From the NCBI RefSeq assembly GCF_006345805.1, contig NC_043015.1, positions 10,850,001 through 10,914,000 on the forward strand: DNA of 64,000 nt, in the 5' to 3' direction. Shown here piece after piece: positions 12,664 through 26,465 of this stretch; the stretch's first letter is position 1, and every line of letters starts with the position of its first letter. Source of the DNA: Octopus sinensis. Lineage: Eukaryota. The notes under the pieces are model-generated. The model ran no database searches. It was given only the letters and a program-made list of their open reading frames with translations, and was not told the DNA's origin. The translations under genes and the position numbers were made by a program.

Positions 12664-13365
12664 TTATTCATTTCCTCCTCCTTTTATTCCTACTCTTTCT
12701 TCTTCTCTTGGCTTTATTATGATTAGTATCAATATTGTTTGTACTACTGCAAATAATACTACTAATAATTTTATTGTTTGAATAACGATTTTATATATTT
12801 GTTTGTTTTTTCAGTTTCTAATCACAAGAATTTTATATCGACCAATTTATAGATGCTGCAAAGAAAATGGTAAACAGGAATTTCATATGATCTTTCAATA
12901 ATTTGTTGTTATATTCTGTTTTTTCTTTGTTGGCGTTCTTGTTCATTTCAAAGACTTTGAAAATAAATACTTAGAACAACATCACAAAGATATAGACGAA
13001 AAAACGAAAAAAACAGAAACGATATGTCTTCAGATGTTTCCTACGTTAGAAATTATATTAAAAATTTAATCATTATAGAGATATGCTTTAATATATGTCT
13101 AGTTCTTTTCTTATTTTCTTTTGTTTCAAATTTTCCCTTTCAAATATAATTAATTAATAGGAAACGTTATAGTCAGATGAACTTTGATAACTCCTCCTTC
13201 TATCTCTCTCACCCCGTACACACGTATATACGTATATATATGTGTGTGTGTGCGTGTCTGTGTGTGTGTCTGTAAGTGTGTGTCTGCGTGTATATCTGTG
13301 TGTGCATGTCTGTCTGTTTCCTATATATAATATATATATATATACATATGTATACATAGATATAC

Positions 13366-13438
<73 letters not shown>

Positions 13439-13607
13439 TATATGTGTGTGTGTGTAAGTATATCACACATACAAACACGCACACTCACAGACATATGTTG
13501 ATACCCATGTATATGTATGTATAACGTACAGACATATCTATCTCTTACATTCATTCATCGTTTTCTTCCCATCTCTCTAATTATATTCAAATTTATATTC
13601 AATATAT

Positions 13608-13665
<58 letters not shown>

Positions 13666-14101
13666 GCAGATAGCTATGCATACATATGTATATGTATGTA
13701 TGTATGTGTGCATGTGTGTATGTGTTATGTTTGTATACCGGAAGCATTGTCGACGGGTTCAGAGATTCATTTCTTAATAAGGCTTTCGGGGTTCGACCTC
13801 ACTACCTGATACCATTAAAAATTATATTGTATAGTTGCGCTAGATCGGTGAAAGATTTATGCCAGAATTTTGGTGGACGGAATATGAGTAAGAAAATATC
13901 GGATAGACTCCATAGCTGATTTCAATATATATTCGTATTAAATGGAGCAGTTTACATATGAACTACGTTTATGATATGATGCACGTGACAATGAAATAAC
14001 ACGCTCTTGTTATGTCGTTAGTGGTATATTGGTTAGTTAACTCCGACAGATGTAAAACTTTTGTGTATGTGCGCATATATACATACGAAACCACACACCA
14101 T

Positions 14102-14462
14102 TCTTTTACTTGTTTCCTTCATTTGAATGTGGCCATGCTGGAGCACAGACTTTAGTCGAACAAGTCGTCCCCAGGATTTATTCTTTGTAATCTTGGTATT
14201 ATTCTATCGAATTCTTTAGCCGAACCGCTTCATCAGGGAGACGTAAACACATCTACATCGGCGAGGGGATAAAAACAGACACGCAAATACGTACATAAAT
14301 ATATATATAACTGGATTCTTTCAGTTTCTGTCTACCAGATCCACTCACAAGATTTTAGTCTGTCCGAGGATATAGTAGAGATTGTAGCCCAAGAAGCCAC
14401 GCAGTGGGACTGAACCCGGAACCATATGGATCGGAAGCAATTTTCTTACCACACAGCAACTC
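14102..14462 (-). mobile_element. Older, diverged copy of the tRNA-derived SINE
   Basis: GGCCATGCTGGAGCAC ... CCACTCACAAG ... GCAGTGGGACTGAACCCGG ... CTTACCACACAGC. Confidence 0.85.
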
Positions 14463-14496
14463 GTAGACAGAGAGAGTGAGAGCGGGACAGACAGAG

Positions 14497-14529
<33 letters not shown>

Positions 14530-15758
14530 TATAGAAGTGGTTGACAGGGAAATGCTGCTGCTTATTTATTGGTATTTATGGGATGCAAGAAAGAGAGAAA
14601 ATAATAAAGAGAGACTATTAATAATAATAGAGAGAGAGAAAGAGAGACCGACAGACAGAGAGTGAGGGAGAGTGTGCTACTTAACGGGAGAAAACCACTT
14701 CTAAGATTATATTTTGTTCCTTATGTTGCGGTATCCTTTACTCTGAGTGAAGAGAATGAAATGAGCATACGTTGTTTATATATTTTCATATTTTTTATAT
14801 ATTATGTATTTGTGTGTGTGTACATATGTGTCTGTCTGTATTTCTGTATGTCTGTATATATGTATGTATTTTGGAAGTAGTTACGTACGTACACGCGTCA
14901 GGAAATAGTTAGAAAACAGGCAGGTATAATGCGTATATATACCTCAAATACAAAGTAGAGAATAAAGTACAGAATAAAGAAAGTAATGGAAGGTGTTATG
15001 TTATAGCTTAATTTCGGCAGGTGTTTTGGAAGCATCATAACTTATGTCATAACCAGGTTCCTACAAAACAAAAAAACAAAATATCTTTTATAAAATAGTC
15101 GATGTTTCTCACAATATAAGTTGCGATGAATCTCTTGGAAAAACCAGGTATACATATGAGAAGAAAATGACAAATGCGTATTCAATTGCAATGCTTAGAA
15201 ATATAAAGGTTCATATAGAATACAGTGGGGTATTAAGGGAAGTCTTTGTCCGATGGAGGAATAATGTAGGAATATGTGTGAGTGTTTAGTTTCATATATA
15301 TATATATATATATATCACTATCATAAAGCGCACACACTCATACGTAAATAGATAGGTAGATAGAAATATAGATAGATATAGATATGGATATAGCTTAAGA
15401 TAAGATATATATCACTATCATGTTCTAGTAACATTAAATGTAAGTATCCAGTATCATATTATTTGCGAGGTTGTGTTTTGTTGGCTTTTAACCGAAGTGG
15501 TGCCATTATCTATGCGCCATCATGTTGATGGGAGAAATCATGCGCGCTTAAGGAATATATATATATATATAACTGGATTCTTTCAGTTTCTGTCTACCAG
15601 ATCCACTCACAAGATTTTAGTCTGTCCGAGGATATAGTAGAGATTGTAGCCCAAGAAGCCACGCAGTGGGACTGAACCCGGAACCATATGGATCGGAAGC
15701 AATTTTCTTACCACACAGCAACTCGTAGACAGAGAGAGTGAGAGCGGGACAGACAGAG

Positions 15759-15793
<35 letters not shown>

Positions 15794-16818
15794 TAGAAGT
15801 GGTTGACAGGGAAATGCTGCTGCTTATTTATTGGTATTTATGGGATGCAAGAAAGAGAGAAAATAATAAGAGAGACTATTAATAATAATAGAGAGAGAGA
15901 AAGAGAGACCGACAGACAGAGAGTGAGGGAGAGTGTGCTACTTAACGGAAGAAAACCACTTCTAAGATTATATTTTGTTCCTTATGTTGCGGTATCCTTT
16001 ACTCTGAGTGAAGAGAATGAAATGAGCATACGTTGTTTATATATTTTCATATTTTTTATATATTATGTATTTGTGTGTGTGTACATATGTGTCTGTCTGT
16101 ATTTGTGTATGTCTGTATATATGTATGTATTTTGGAAGTAGTTACGTACGTACACGCGTCAGGAAATAGTTAGAAAACAGGCAGGTATAATGCGTATATA
16201 TACCTCAAATACAAAGTAGAGAATAAAGTACAGAATAAAGAAAGTAATGGAAGGTGTTATGTTATAGCTTAATTTCGGCAGGTGTTTTGGAAGCATCATA
16301 ACTTATGTCATAACCAGGTTCCTACAAAACAAAAAAACAAAATATCTTTTATAAAATAGTCGATGTTTCTCACAATATAAGTTGCGATGAATCTCTTGGA
16401 AAAACCAGGTTATACATATGAGAAGAAAATGACAAATGCGTATTCAATTGCAATGCTTAGAAATATAAAGGTTCATATAGAATACAGTGGGGTATTAAGG
16501 GAAGTCTTTGTCCGATGGAGGAATAATGTAGGAATATGTGTGAGTGTTTAGTTTCATATATATATATATATATATATATCACTATCATAAAGCGCACACA
16601 CTCATACGTAAATAGATAGGTAGATAGAAATATAGATAGATATAGATATGGATATAGCTTAAGATAAGATATATATCACTATCATGTTCTAGTAACATTA
16701 AATGTAAGTATCCAGTATCATATTATTTGCGAGGTTGTGTTTTGTTGGCTTTTAACCGAAGTGGTGCCATTATCTATGCGCCATCATGTTGATGGGAGAA
16801 ATCATGCGCGCTTAAGGA

Positions 16819-16820
<2 letters not shown>
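14300..16820. repeat. ~1.26-kb near-identical tandem duplication (14300-15560 / 15561-16820)
   Basis: Both units start (TA)n-ACTGGATTCTTTCAG and end ATCATGCGCGCTTAAGGAA-(TA)n. They differ by only a few substitutions and microsatellite lengths. Confidence 0.92.
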
Positions 16821-16850
<30 letters not shown>

Positions 16851-16978
16851 TATATATATGTGTGTATGTATGAATATGTATATATATATATGTATGTATG
16901 TATGTGTATATATATATACAATATATATATGCATGTATGTATATGTATATATATATATGTATGCATGCATATGTATAA

Positions 16979-17024
<46 letters not shown>

Positions 17025-17028
<4 letters not shown>

Positions 17029-17297
17029 ACCTTTTATCAATTCGAAATGAACAATTAAATTACACCGTCTAGAAAATTAAATATAATACAAATATTAAAA
17101 TTAATAATAATAATTAAACGTATATATTTGGTATATTCGGTATACCAAATATATACTTTCTTATTATTATTTTGCAACTTACTTAATAATTGGTATATTA
17201 TTGTTATTTTATTTTAATATTTCTATTATATGTAATTTTCTAGATGGTGAAATTTAATTGTTCATTTTGAATTGATAAAAGGTTTTTTTTTTTCTAA
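17025..17297. repeat. AT-rich fold-back element between (TA)n tracts; a further copy of the arm lies at 19008-19145
   Basis: ACCTTTTATCAATTC...TCTAGAAAATT is inverted as AATTTTCTAGA...GAATTGATAAAAGGT. Internal hairpin at 17120-17156. Confidence 0.75.
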
Positions 17298-17389
17298 TAT
17301 ATATATGTATGTATGTATGTATGTATACACGCACACTTGTATAGGAACAGGAATGGCTGTGAGGTAAGAAGCTTGCTTCCCTGCGCATG

Positions 17390-18997
17390 CGTGTTGTCAG
17401 TGTTGTTTGTTAATCAGACAGGTTTGCAGTGGACAAAAACTGATTGTAAATGATCTACTGTAAGTTAAGCCTTTTGTTATTTGGGTCCAGCGGGGCTTTG
17501 TTGTTTTCGGTAATTACTTTTTGTACAAGTAAGAAGTCCTCACAGGATTCTAAACTCTAGTCTGCCTGCAGTTTAGTGAAAAATTTTTTCTTACTTAATT
17601 GTGAGAATTCTTTTTAAAGACGTATTCCGCTTTCAAAATTTGTTCACTGATAGTTAGTAGTGTGTTTTAGAAACAACTTTTACCAATTTTTGTTTTAAAC
17701 CTGCGTATCAAGTTGTGGCGTTCCAGGTTTGAATTGGAGCATCAAATAAGGCCTGGAGTACCGAGTGGCCAGAAGATATTTTGCTGTGTTTTTTTAACTG
17801 TTGTTCTCTTTTCTTCTATCTTTTATTTGGGACTTTCATTTTATTGAATTGTTTACTTTTTTCTTCCTTCCTTTTTGTTGAAACTATCTTTAGATTTCTT
17901 TCTTCTTCTTCCTTCTGTTTTCTTTTATTTTTATCTCAACTGGTTCTGGACTTTAAATTAAAACAAAATTGGACAATGTTGTGGAGTGGGAAATTGTACC
18001 ACCCAAAAAGTGGTTCAAAGACATCAAGGAGAGGACGGTGGTGTTGAGAACCTATTCCAAGTCACTCGATACCATGGCCCTATTTGAAGAGATTGCCACT
18101 GAAAAAGAGTTGGCAGAGTATCTACCAACTATTAAATTCATCTCGAGGGGTGTCAAGTACGCAACGGTGTGGTTACTATTTGACACCCACGAGGGGATAC
18201 GCAAATTTGCGAGTCAGCCCTTGGAGGGCAAAGGCATTTTGTTCCTTCCCTCGTATTGTGGGAGAAAGTTGACGAGGGCTTGGGTCGGCGGTTTGCCACC
18301 CGGACACTGGACCCAATTAGCCAATCTGGTTTTGACAGAATTTATTGAAAATCTCCGGGTGCAGGTAGCCGGTGATACTTGAGGGTCACTCCCCCCCCCA
18401 GGTGTCATGGGCGTCTGGAGCCTGGCTATATAAAGAAAAACTGTCCCCAAGAACAAAGTAAGATCCTGGAGCAGTTGGTTGAAACCTCTGAGGAAGAGGG
18501 AAGAAAGGAGCCCGAGGTGGCGGAGGACTCATCAAAGAAGGGCTGCAAGAGGAACAAGGTGAGCAACAATGGATGCTCACCGAAGGATCCTAGGGATGAG
18601 GGAGGCGACGCACCCTCCCTCAGGTGAGAAGGCCCCAAAAGAAAGTCCTGATATCAATTTTTTCGTTTAAAACTCCGCAAGGCATCTCACCAGCATGCCG
18701 TAGTGAAATAAATTCAAGAAGTTAAGAATAAAAGTATATATATATAGGGGACTAAAGCCATCTGAATATGGCTAGGGACAGGGCAGCGTGGTGGGGGTGT
18801 TACTGTTGCATTTAGCCCCAGGCGAACATCAACGTCGCCAGATAGGCTTGACACCATCACGGTGTCCTTTAACCTGCAAAGGGAGATAATTCCCCGATGA
18901 AGCGGAAACCACACACGGACCTAGGTTTCAAGGTGTATTGCCTATCATCAACGTGTGGTAGGCCCCCGCTTCCTCGACGAAATCTCACTCTGCAGGA
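17390..18997 (+). mobile_element. L1/Tx1-type LINE 5' region: UTR plus decayed ORF1 (gag-like, zinc knuckle)
   Basis: ORFs 17969-18382 and 18379-18627 join by frameshift. PPRCHGRLEPGYIKKNCP is a degenerate CX2CX4HX4C knuckle, preceded by an RRM-like region. Confidence 0.6.
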
Positions 18998-19284
18998 TAT
19001 ATATATAAATTAGCAAAAAAAAAACAACCTTTTATCAATTCAAAATACAAAAACTAAATTACACCATCTAGAAAATTACATATAATAGAAATATTAAATA
19101 TACGATAACAAATATACCGATGATTAAGTAATGTGCAAAATAAAGTTGATCTCTTATATTATTCATGAGGCAACAAACCTCTTACTTCAATAAAAAAATG
19201 AGGCATTGTGTATCTTAACTGTTTTTCTAAACTAGGTAAGTTTGGAATAATATTCCCTCAAATTATCATTATTATTATAATTAT

Positions 19285-19598
19285 TATTACTTTTTTTTTC
19301 TTCTTTCAAATTTGCTTCCATTTCTTGCCGAGTGTCTTCCCGACTCCTAGGGCAAAGAAACTCATAGCATACATTGGTAGGCCATTAAACCAAACTCAGT
19401 AGTTCGTTCATTTTTTTTTTTTTTAAGTTAAATTAAAATACATGAGCAGCAACAGTTCTCACATCGACAATGCTCTTCTCAATACGTGTGATGTACCAGT
19501 TAAGACAATCTTTTGCCGTTCTTGCAGGGATGGTAAGGCAGGGATCATTCTCACATAATTTTCGGTTCCCTTCTTGATCATTCCTAGTGCTCCTACGA
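19285..19598 (-). mobile_element. R4/Dong-clade LINE 3' end (REL endonuclease C-terminus plus 3' UTR) in a (TAA)n array
   Basis: Minus strand translates IVGALGMIKKGTENYVRMIPALPSLQERQKIVLTGTSHVLRRALSM*. (TTA)n on both sides. Confidence 0.8.
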
Positions 19599-19629
19599 TA
19601 TTATTATCATTATTATTATATTATTATTA

Positions 19630-19688
<59 letters not shown>

Positions 19689-19730
19689 TATTATTATTAT
19701 TATTATTATTATCATTACTATTATTATTAC

Positions 19731-19771
<41 letters not shown>

Positions 19772-20407
19772 CACATAGATACACACACACACACACACTC
19801 ATGTGAGAGGCATTTTCAATTTCCATTTACTGAATCAACTCACAAGCCCTACTTTGACCCAAATGCATAGTAGACATTTTCCCAAAGGCGCTACATAAGG
19901 CTACATAGACCACCACCCTGCTACTCTGTTTGCTTCCAAGGCAAATTTTATCTGCTTTAGTGAAGTTTGTGATAACTGATAACACAAGATATCTTCTGGG
20001 AAGCTATACAGGAATGGACTGGACGATTGTCCCACGAGAGATTAGTTTGTCGTCTGATTAATTTCATGAAGACAATGCGTTGTTCGGATCTAAGTTTATT
20101 TATTGTGATTATAATATATGGACGTCAATAAGAAAATGAGACTTTACGAACTACCCGTGGCAATGTCTACGCATTTATGAAATGAATCAAGCAGATTATA
20201 GTTTATTTATGGTTTATTTAATGACGATTTCTCAATCTGTCATAACGGGCGTTCAATGCGTAAGCGTTCAGTCATAAGCATTTGACAGTGACTCTGAATA
20301 TACCAAGTGCATTCATCCGCTTCAATCCCACAGTCTCTCTCTTCCTCTCTCTCTCTCTCTGTCTCTCAGTCCGTCTCATCTATCTTTCTAAGTACATCTC
20401 GGCGTCC

Positions 20408-20408
<1 letters not shown>

Positions 20409-20461
<53 letters not shown>

Positions 20462-20464
20462 GGA

Positions 20465-20495
<31 letters not shown>

Positions 20496-20506
20496 GGCAG
20501 ACAGAC

Positions 20507-20595
<89 letters not shown>

Positions 20596-20597
20596 TA
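20409..20597. repeat. (GATA)n/(GACA)n tetranucleotide microsatellite
   Basis: Direct reading. Confidence 0.95.
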
Positions 20598-22409
20598 GAT
20601 ATGTGTATGTATGTGTACAAATGTCTATGTAGGTGGTGAATTTTTGCCTGTGTGTGTGTATGATTGTGTTTATATAATACCGGTACTAAACCACAAACCG
20701 GAATTTATCGATTCCATAAATATTGTTGAATAAAATGCGTAGTAGACTGGAAAAGAGTATAGCGGTTGATAATATGTACTAAAATATTTAAGGCGGTGCC
20801 TCAGCATGGCCAAAGTCGAATGAGTAAAACAAGTAAATATACTGAATACCGAAAGACACAAACACTCACACACACATATCTATCTATCATTTCCTATATA
20901 TATATATATATATATATATATACCCGCATGCGAACGCACGTGTATGCGTTTAAGTAAACATTTCAAATAGTGTAATTTTAAAAATATAAATTATTTAAGA
21001 GAAGACAAGACAAAAATCAAAGCGAATACTGTGATTTGAATAGGTCGGATTTTAATTTATCATTCCAGACTTCAAATTACCTTGTAAAGAAAAACAGAGG
21101 AGAAATTTATTCCGTTTCCATAGATGAAAATCATTAAGTTATCTTTTAAGTGGAAAATATATGGAATTGGATTTGTGACATTAATGAGGATGGAAGTATT
21201 AAATAATTTACTTAATGTAGTGATGATATTTATTTTTCCTGGATGGATGAAATACGAAAGGTTTTAATTAGGATTGGGAAGCTATTCGCAACATTATTGA
21301 ATGTTTTATTCCTTCTTTCCTGAATCTAGAGACGACGAATTCTTTTACCAGTATGGTATTGTCTGGGAATAGGCGCCATTGATCAAACCGCTGGCCACTG
21401 ATGAAACGAATCTTCGCTTCTCTGTCTTTGTCTGTCTGTCTCTCTAATACACTCTCTATCTCGCTCACTCCCTATCTCTCTTTCACTCTCTCGCACTCTT
21501 TCTCTCCCCCCTCTCTCTCTCTCTTTGATGGTTATTGCGGTTTTTTTTTAACACAGTGAGTCTATGAGGGATATTATCTCATAGCAAATACCGTACTAAC
21601 TGGATACAAATGCAAATTCTGCAGAGAAGTAATATTCCATATATGTATGTACAAACACCAGCTGCAAAGTGCAGGTCTTCAGATTTCAGTATCTTTACAG
21701 GTCATTCAAATACCTATATGAAAGGGAATTGGAAATTAAGTATGCTGCACATAAATAAGCTGTGCCTGAGTTTATAAGGCAAATAACAGTTTAATATCCA
21801 GTTTGGCTACAGAAAATTATAGTCAGTATTTTCCATAAATACAAACAACATATTTGAAAATTCTTGCAACATACAGGACAACGAAATTGCATGTTAATTA
21901 AAAATTTATTTATACAATGTAAAGTGAATTGACCTCAGAGGTACGTTTTCATATAATTAATTATACACGATTGAGTAACCAGTAACTTTGCACAATAACT
22001 GAAGCTCACAAATTACATAATCCACTTGCTTTGAATCTACATGGACCTAATTAAAGGTCTAGTATTCTAAATTCGAAATTGAAATCTAGGGTCAGGATAG
22101 AATCAACATCACTGCCGTTTTTACTGTTGTATGAGGTTTTCAAATCATCATCACACATTCATTGCACTCGAAAACTGTATAAACACACCATATACTATGC
22201 TAGCTAAGGGTACATACACTTAGTTCTTTTCAGAAAACGTGAATGGATGGACGTTCAGTAAAGTTGTATAGTATAATACCCAGAGGAGATTAAATGTATG
22301 CGAGAATGCTATAAAGCAGAAAAAGACATAATTAAATCAAATATATTGTAGAAATATCAAAACAGTATACAGATGTACGATTTCCCCTATTCATTGTAAT
22401 TGTCTTATA

Positions 22410-23560
22410 TATATATATTAATAGTAATAGTAATAGTATGACAACAAAAGAATGAATGAAACCGCGATATTATATAAATAGAGGAATTTATCGGCAAAAT
22501 ATGTGACAAGTATTCGGTTGCCATAATAAAACTCCGAGTTTCGGATGTTGGGGCGGAAATCTGCTCCGGCATCTCGTCAGTTATTAAGACAAAACATAAT
22601 GGATAATAATACGAATGGTTTACACCTGGTACCTTACTCGTAAAGCACAGTTACTATCGCAGTGATCGTTATGTATATGGCAGATTAAAGATGGAAGATG
22701 GAATATACGAGAATATATTGTTAATTACGACAATTGTTTCGACACCAAAACTTCTTGTGGGACACTCAACAACTCGTTCAGGAGTATCTGGCGGTGTAGA
22801 TGTATCTCGTCGGGTGATAAATAAATCAATACAGTTCGTGAAAATAACTGTTCGCAATGTAACCTCACGTTTTGTAGAAAGAAAAGTAACCAGACGGAGG
22901 AAATATCTTCATTTATATAGAGGATCAACAATAGAATCACCGATGGTGAAGAGAGGAACAACCAAATGCGGTAAAGTTTCAGTAACCCACCTACTGGATC
23001 TAGCGAAAATTTGCATCTAAACACCAACCAAGGAGATATAAGCCACAATAGTAAACACCAATTACGATCAATTTGTAGCAGGAGAAATATTTATGATACA
23101 GCTAACACGGTAACAACGCCAGTAAATGGAGTCGGGACTGTCCTATTTACAAACAAATATGATAAATGCTCATGCATCAAAATGTCCTTTGATGAATCTC
23201 TGTATGGGTACAAATCTTGTATACAAATGTATCGCGCACACAAGGGGAAGGCCGCATATTTACGTTGGGCTGATTCATTTAAGAATCATTATCGTATCCA
23301 TGTTTACAGCTTTAAGACATGCAACATCTTTGGCAGACTTTGTATGGTGACTGAAGGACGATGAAAGGAAGTAGAGCAAATCTGGTCCATGTTAAGTATT
23401 TCAATATAATTTCCAGAAGATGCCGTCTCTGCTTTGAGGAATCCTTGTCTATTTCGTGGACTAACGATAAGATTATTTATAGAATGTCTAAACGGCCCTC
23501 GAGATGCGTTCATGCATATAAATGTGCTTTCGCACAGTGCAGTGGCAATGGATTTTGAGT
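22410..23560 (+). mobile_element. 5'-truncated Penelope-like element (Poseidon-type): RT thumb/linker plus GIY-YIG endonuclease, with inverted pLTR at the 5' end
   Basis: Across frameshifts: KCSC..CPLMNLCMGTNLVYKC...IYVGL...SFKNHYRIHVYSFK...LADFVW.LK...RCRLCFEESL.I...RCVH..K, a typical Poseidon GIY-YIG. Hammerhead-bearing pLTR on - strand at ~22440-22600. Confidence 0.8.
22524..22586 (-). ncRNA. Type I hammerhead motif in inverted pLTR (family B relative)
   Basis: taataa CTGACGA gatg...catc c GAAAC tcgga GTT ttatta. Canonical core and 6-bp stem I. Confidence 0.75.
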
Positions 23561-25530
23561 AACCGTTAACATAATTTAATTTACTTTAATGTATAGGTGA
23601 CTTTTAACCTCCGCATTCTTACAAAGACTAAGTAGATAGATAACTCGTTTTGTGATTATGAGTACCAAACCTCATGTTTGCGTATGCTCACATTCTTGTG
23701 GATGCTTGTATGAGCGAGTATGCCATGTTAACAGTTATTTTAAATGATTTTCTCGCTGGATTGCGTGTTCGTTTATCTTCTTGCCATCTGTGATTATATT
23801 TTTAACCTTAATACACACGTGAATAGGAAACTTCCTGATATGTCCACCATTACCACTTACATTTCCCTTTTTTTCACTGCAGGTTTTTAGTCATCTTTAA
23901 CTCTCGAAAAAGAATTAAAGTATTTATTTTCCATTATATAGTATTTAAAATGATCACTCCAGGTAACCGATTCTTCCACCAAATTTCTGATTTGAACTTC
24001 AGTTGCGACCAACCTTGCTTTCTGTGAATTCAGCTTCATTACAAATGTTACCTCGTCGGAGCGATTGATTAATAAAATTGCTAGAGTATTGATTCCGTTT
24101 AGCAAAACGTTTGTTCGTATACCTTAAGAAATGCTACTTACCAATATTGCTTGAATAATACTGATATGTTGTTTTAATATCATTAATTATATATTTCAGG
24201 AATGATCTTCTGGAAAACCTGGCGAAGAATCTATTGTTGTATTACGGAATAAAAGGTGTCGTTCACTCAATTCACTTTGTAAAACTTATATTTATAAAAA
24301 TTCAATGCACATTGACAGCTTTCCAGGTGTATTTTCAGTAATACGATCGATTTTTCCTGTCAAATTGAGTTTCATATCCGATAACAGTAGACGGGAGACA
24401 GGATTTCAAAACTAAACTGAAACCTGAATCGCTACTTTTCACCCGTTACCTCACCTGACGTTTCTGCAGAACGTTATGCTCGAGGCCACTGATTATTGTT
24501 ACGTGACAAAGGGATTACCTTTATTATGATTTGCAATTTGCTATTCCACGAATTTTTTCCCAGTAAAGGTGAGATTGTTAGAGCTTCGTAACCTTGTCTA
24601 AGTAAGTAAAGCCTTCAAAACGCATAGATCCTAAAGAGGTAGAGCGATTCTCTCCGGATGCTCAAGCAGTTCTGCTCATGTAACTCTCCGAACAGCTAAT
24701 GTTCTTATTGACGCTGAACGTATGGAAAGCAAAGTTGATTTCAACTAAATTCAAAGCTCGGTAATTTGGTGGAAATCCTGAATATACAACAGCTAATTTT
24801 ACGTATTAGCTGGTGGTATTCTTATCTCCTCCTCCTTGAATAATTTTCTCCATACTTAATTAAATTAATTCATATCCGTTTCATTGCTTAACTTATTTAG
24901 ACGTTTGTATTATAATTGAACGTTTCACATTTTACTTCCAGTTAAAAGAAAAAGAACAATAAAGCCAGAATGAAAGCTCCATCGTAATTCATACGTCCTT
25001 AATTTACAGCTCTACGTTATTCCCTATAAAAATTCTTAGTGCATTTTAAGGGATTGTTTTTAATATAAACCATTTTATATTTATATTATCTTCAAAAATA
25101 TTGCTAGCGCCCGTGTAATTAGATTATACCTAGAATTAAAGTAATTTAGTAATTATCGCATATTTAAATATATATTCCTTCGTGACAGACAAAACGTTCA
25201 GCTAAATCGAATTATATACATTATACAGCCGTATTCTACTACATGAAATTTGTAATTCGAGAAGCCTAACCACATTTTAGAATCTATTAATTTACAAATT
25301 AAGATGACTAATTATATTTCAATTTTCATACATAATATTTTCTTTATATCATTGATTTATGTTTCCCTTTATAGACATTTCTTTGAGTAGATTAAAAGTT
25401 CAGTAACACAATATCTATAATTTTGTGAATTGTAAATCAGTCATTTACTGAGCTTATCGTTACACACTCCACTATATCATACTCCAAAATTTTCAAAATA
25501 TGTCATATATATATATATATATATATATAT

Positions 25531-25729
25531 GTAGGTCCCGGGTTGAGTCGGGGTTAACCACAGTAAATAAGGTACTCAATACATAGCAGAGTAAATTAAT
25601 TTATTTTATAGAAGGAGCTTCTACAGGACTAGAACTATTTCATTCAAATGAAATCTTCAGGAGCTTCCTGAAGATTTCATTTGAATGAAACAGTTCTAGT
25701 CCTGTAGAAGCTCCTTCTATAAAATAAAT
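25531..25729. mobile_element. Small fold-back pLTR-like element (family C) between (TA)n tracts with a hammerhead core
   Basis: Arms 25599-25663 / 25665-25729. CTGAAGA t-ttc-attt-gaa-t GAAAC agttcta GTC at 25668-25701. Stem I pairs only with a 5-nt offset (ggagcttc/gaagctcc). Confidence 0.65.
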
Positions 25730-26465
25730 ATATATATATATATGAGAATTTGTATTGTATCGTTTTAGTACTGTATACGTATAATTATACCGCTTACTTA
25801 TTTTACACTCGTATGGCATTTTCTGTTGTATATAACGTTAATTTGTCCTCTCCTTGCACGTATTCATCATCTCTTTCCCGTTGCTCTATGCTCTGGCGCT
25901 CCCGTTAGATGACAATCGTCTTAGTTTTAAATAGCGTGAAACCACCATGACGTCACGGAAAACAACCGATGAGAGAGTCAATTGCGAATATTTTTTGCAT
26001 TGTTTTTGTCTCTCTTTTCTGTCCATTATGCTTCCGCTCAGTTTTTGTCTATTTTTCACTTCTCACTTTGACTTTTTATACACATGCATTTCTTATTGCA
26101 TTACCAATTAATAACCTTATTGCATGCTTTCCGAAGTTCGAATACGCGAAACGGCTATTATATGCTATCATACAGTAGGGCTTCTTTCAGTGTATATGCA
26201 TATTGAAATTCGCAAATGTCCGTAGTATTTGTGCAAAATAATTTTGATGCGAGGATATGTGTGTGTGTGTGTGTGTGTGAATGTATGTATATGAATGTAT
26301 GCCTTTGTTCTATCCTCACTTGAAGACGTGCATTAGTAATGCTATTGTTGGATTATATTTGTAAAATGATGTGTATAATATTGCAACATACAGTTGATAC
26401 TGATGTACCGAAAGAATTGTATTGATTTCTAAAATACCCCGTTTATTCCGTCTCGTCTATATCAC

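Noticed and set aside
12814-12870. Possible micro-exon (tttcag...ATG|gtaaac)
   Set aside because: Splice-like signals alone are common in AT-rich DNA. There is no protein similarity or partner exon.
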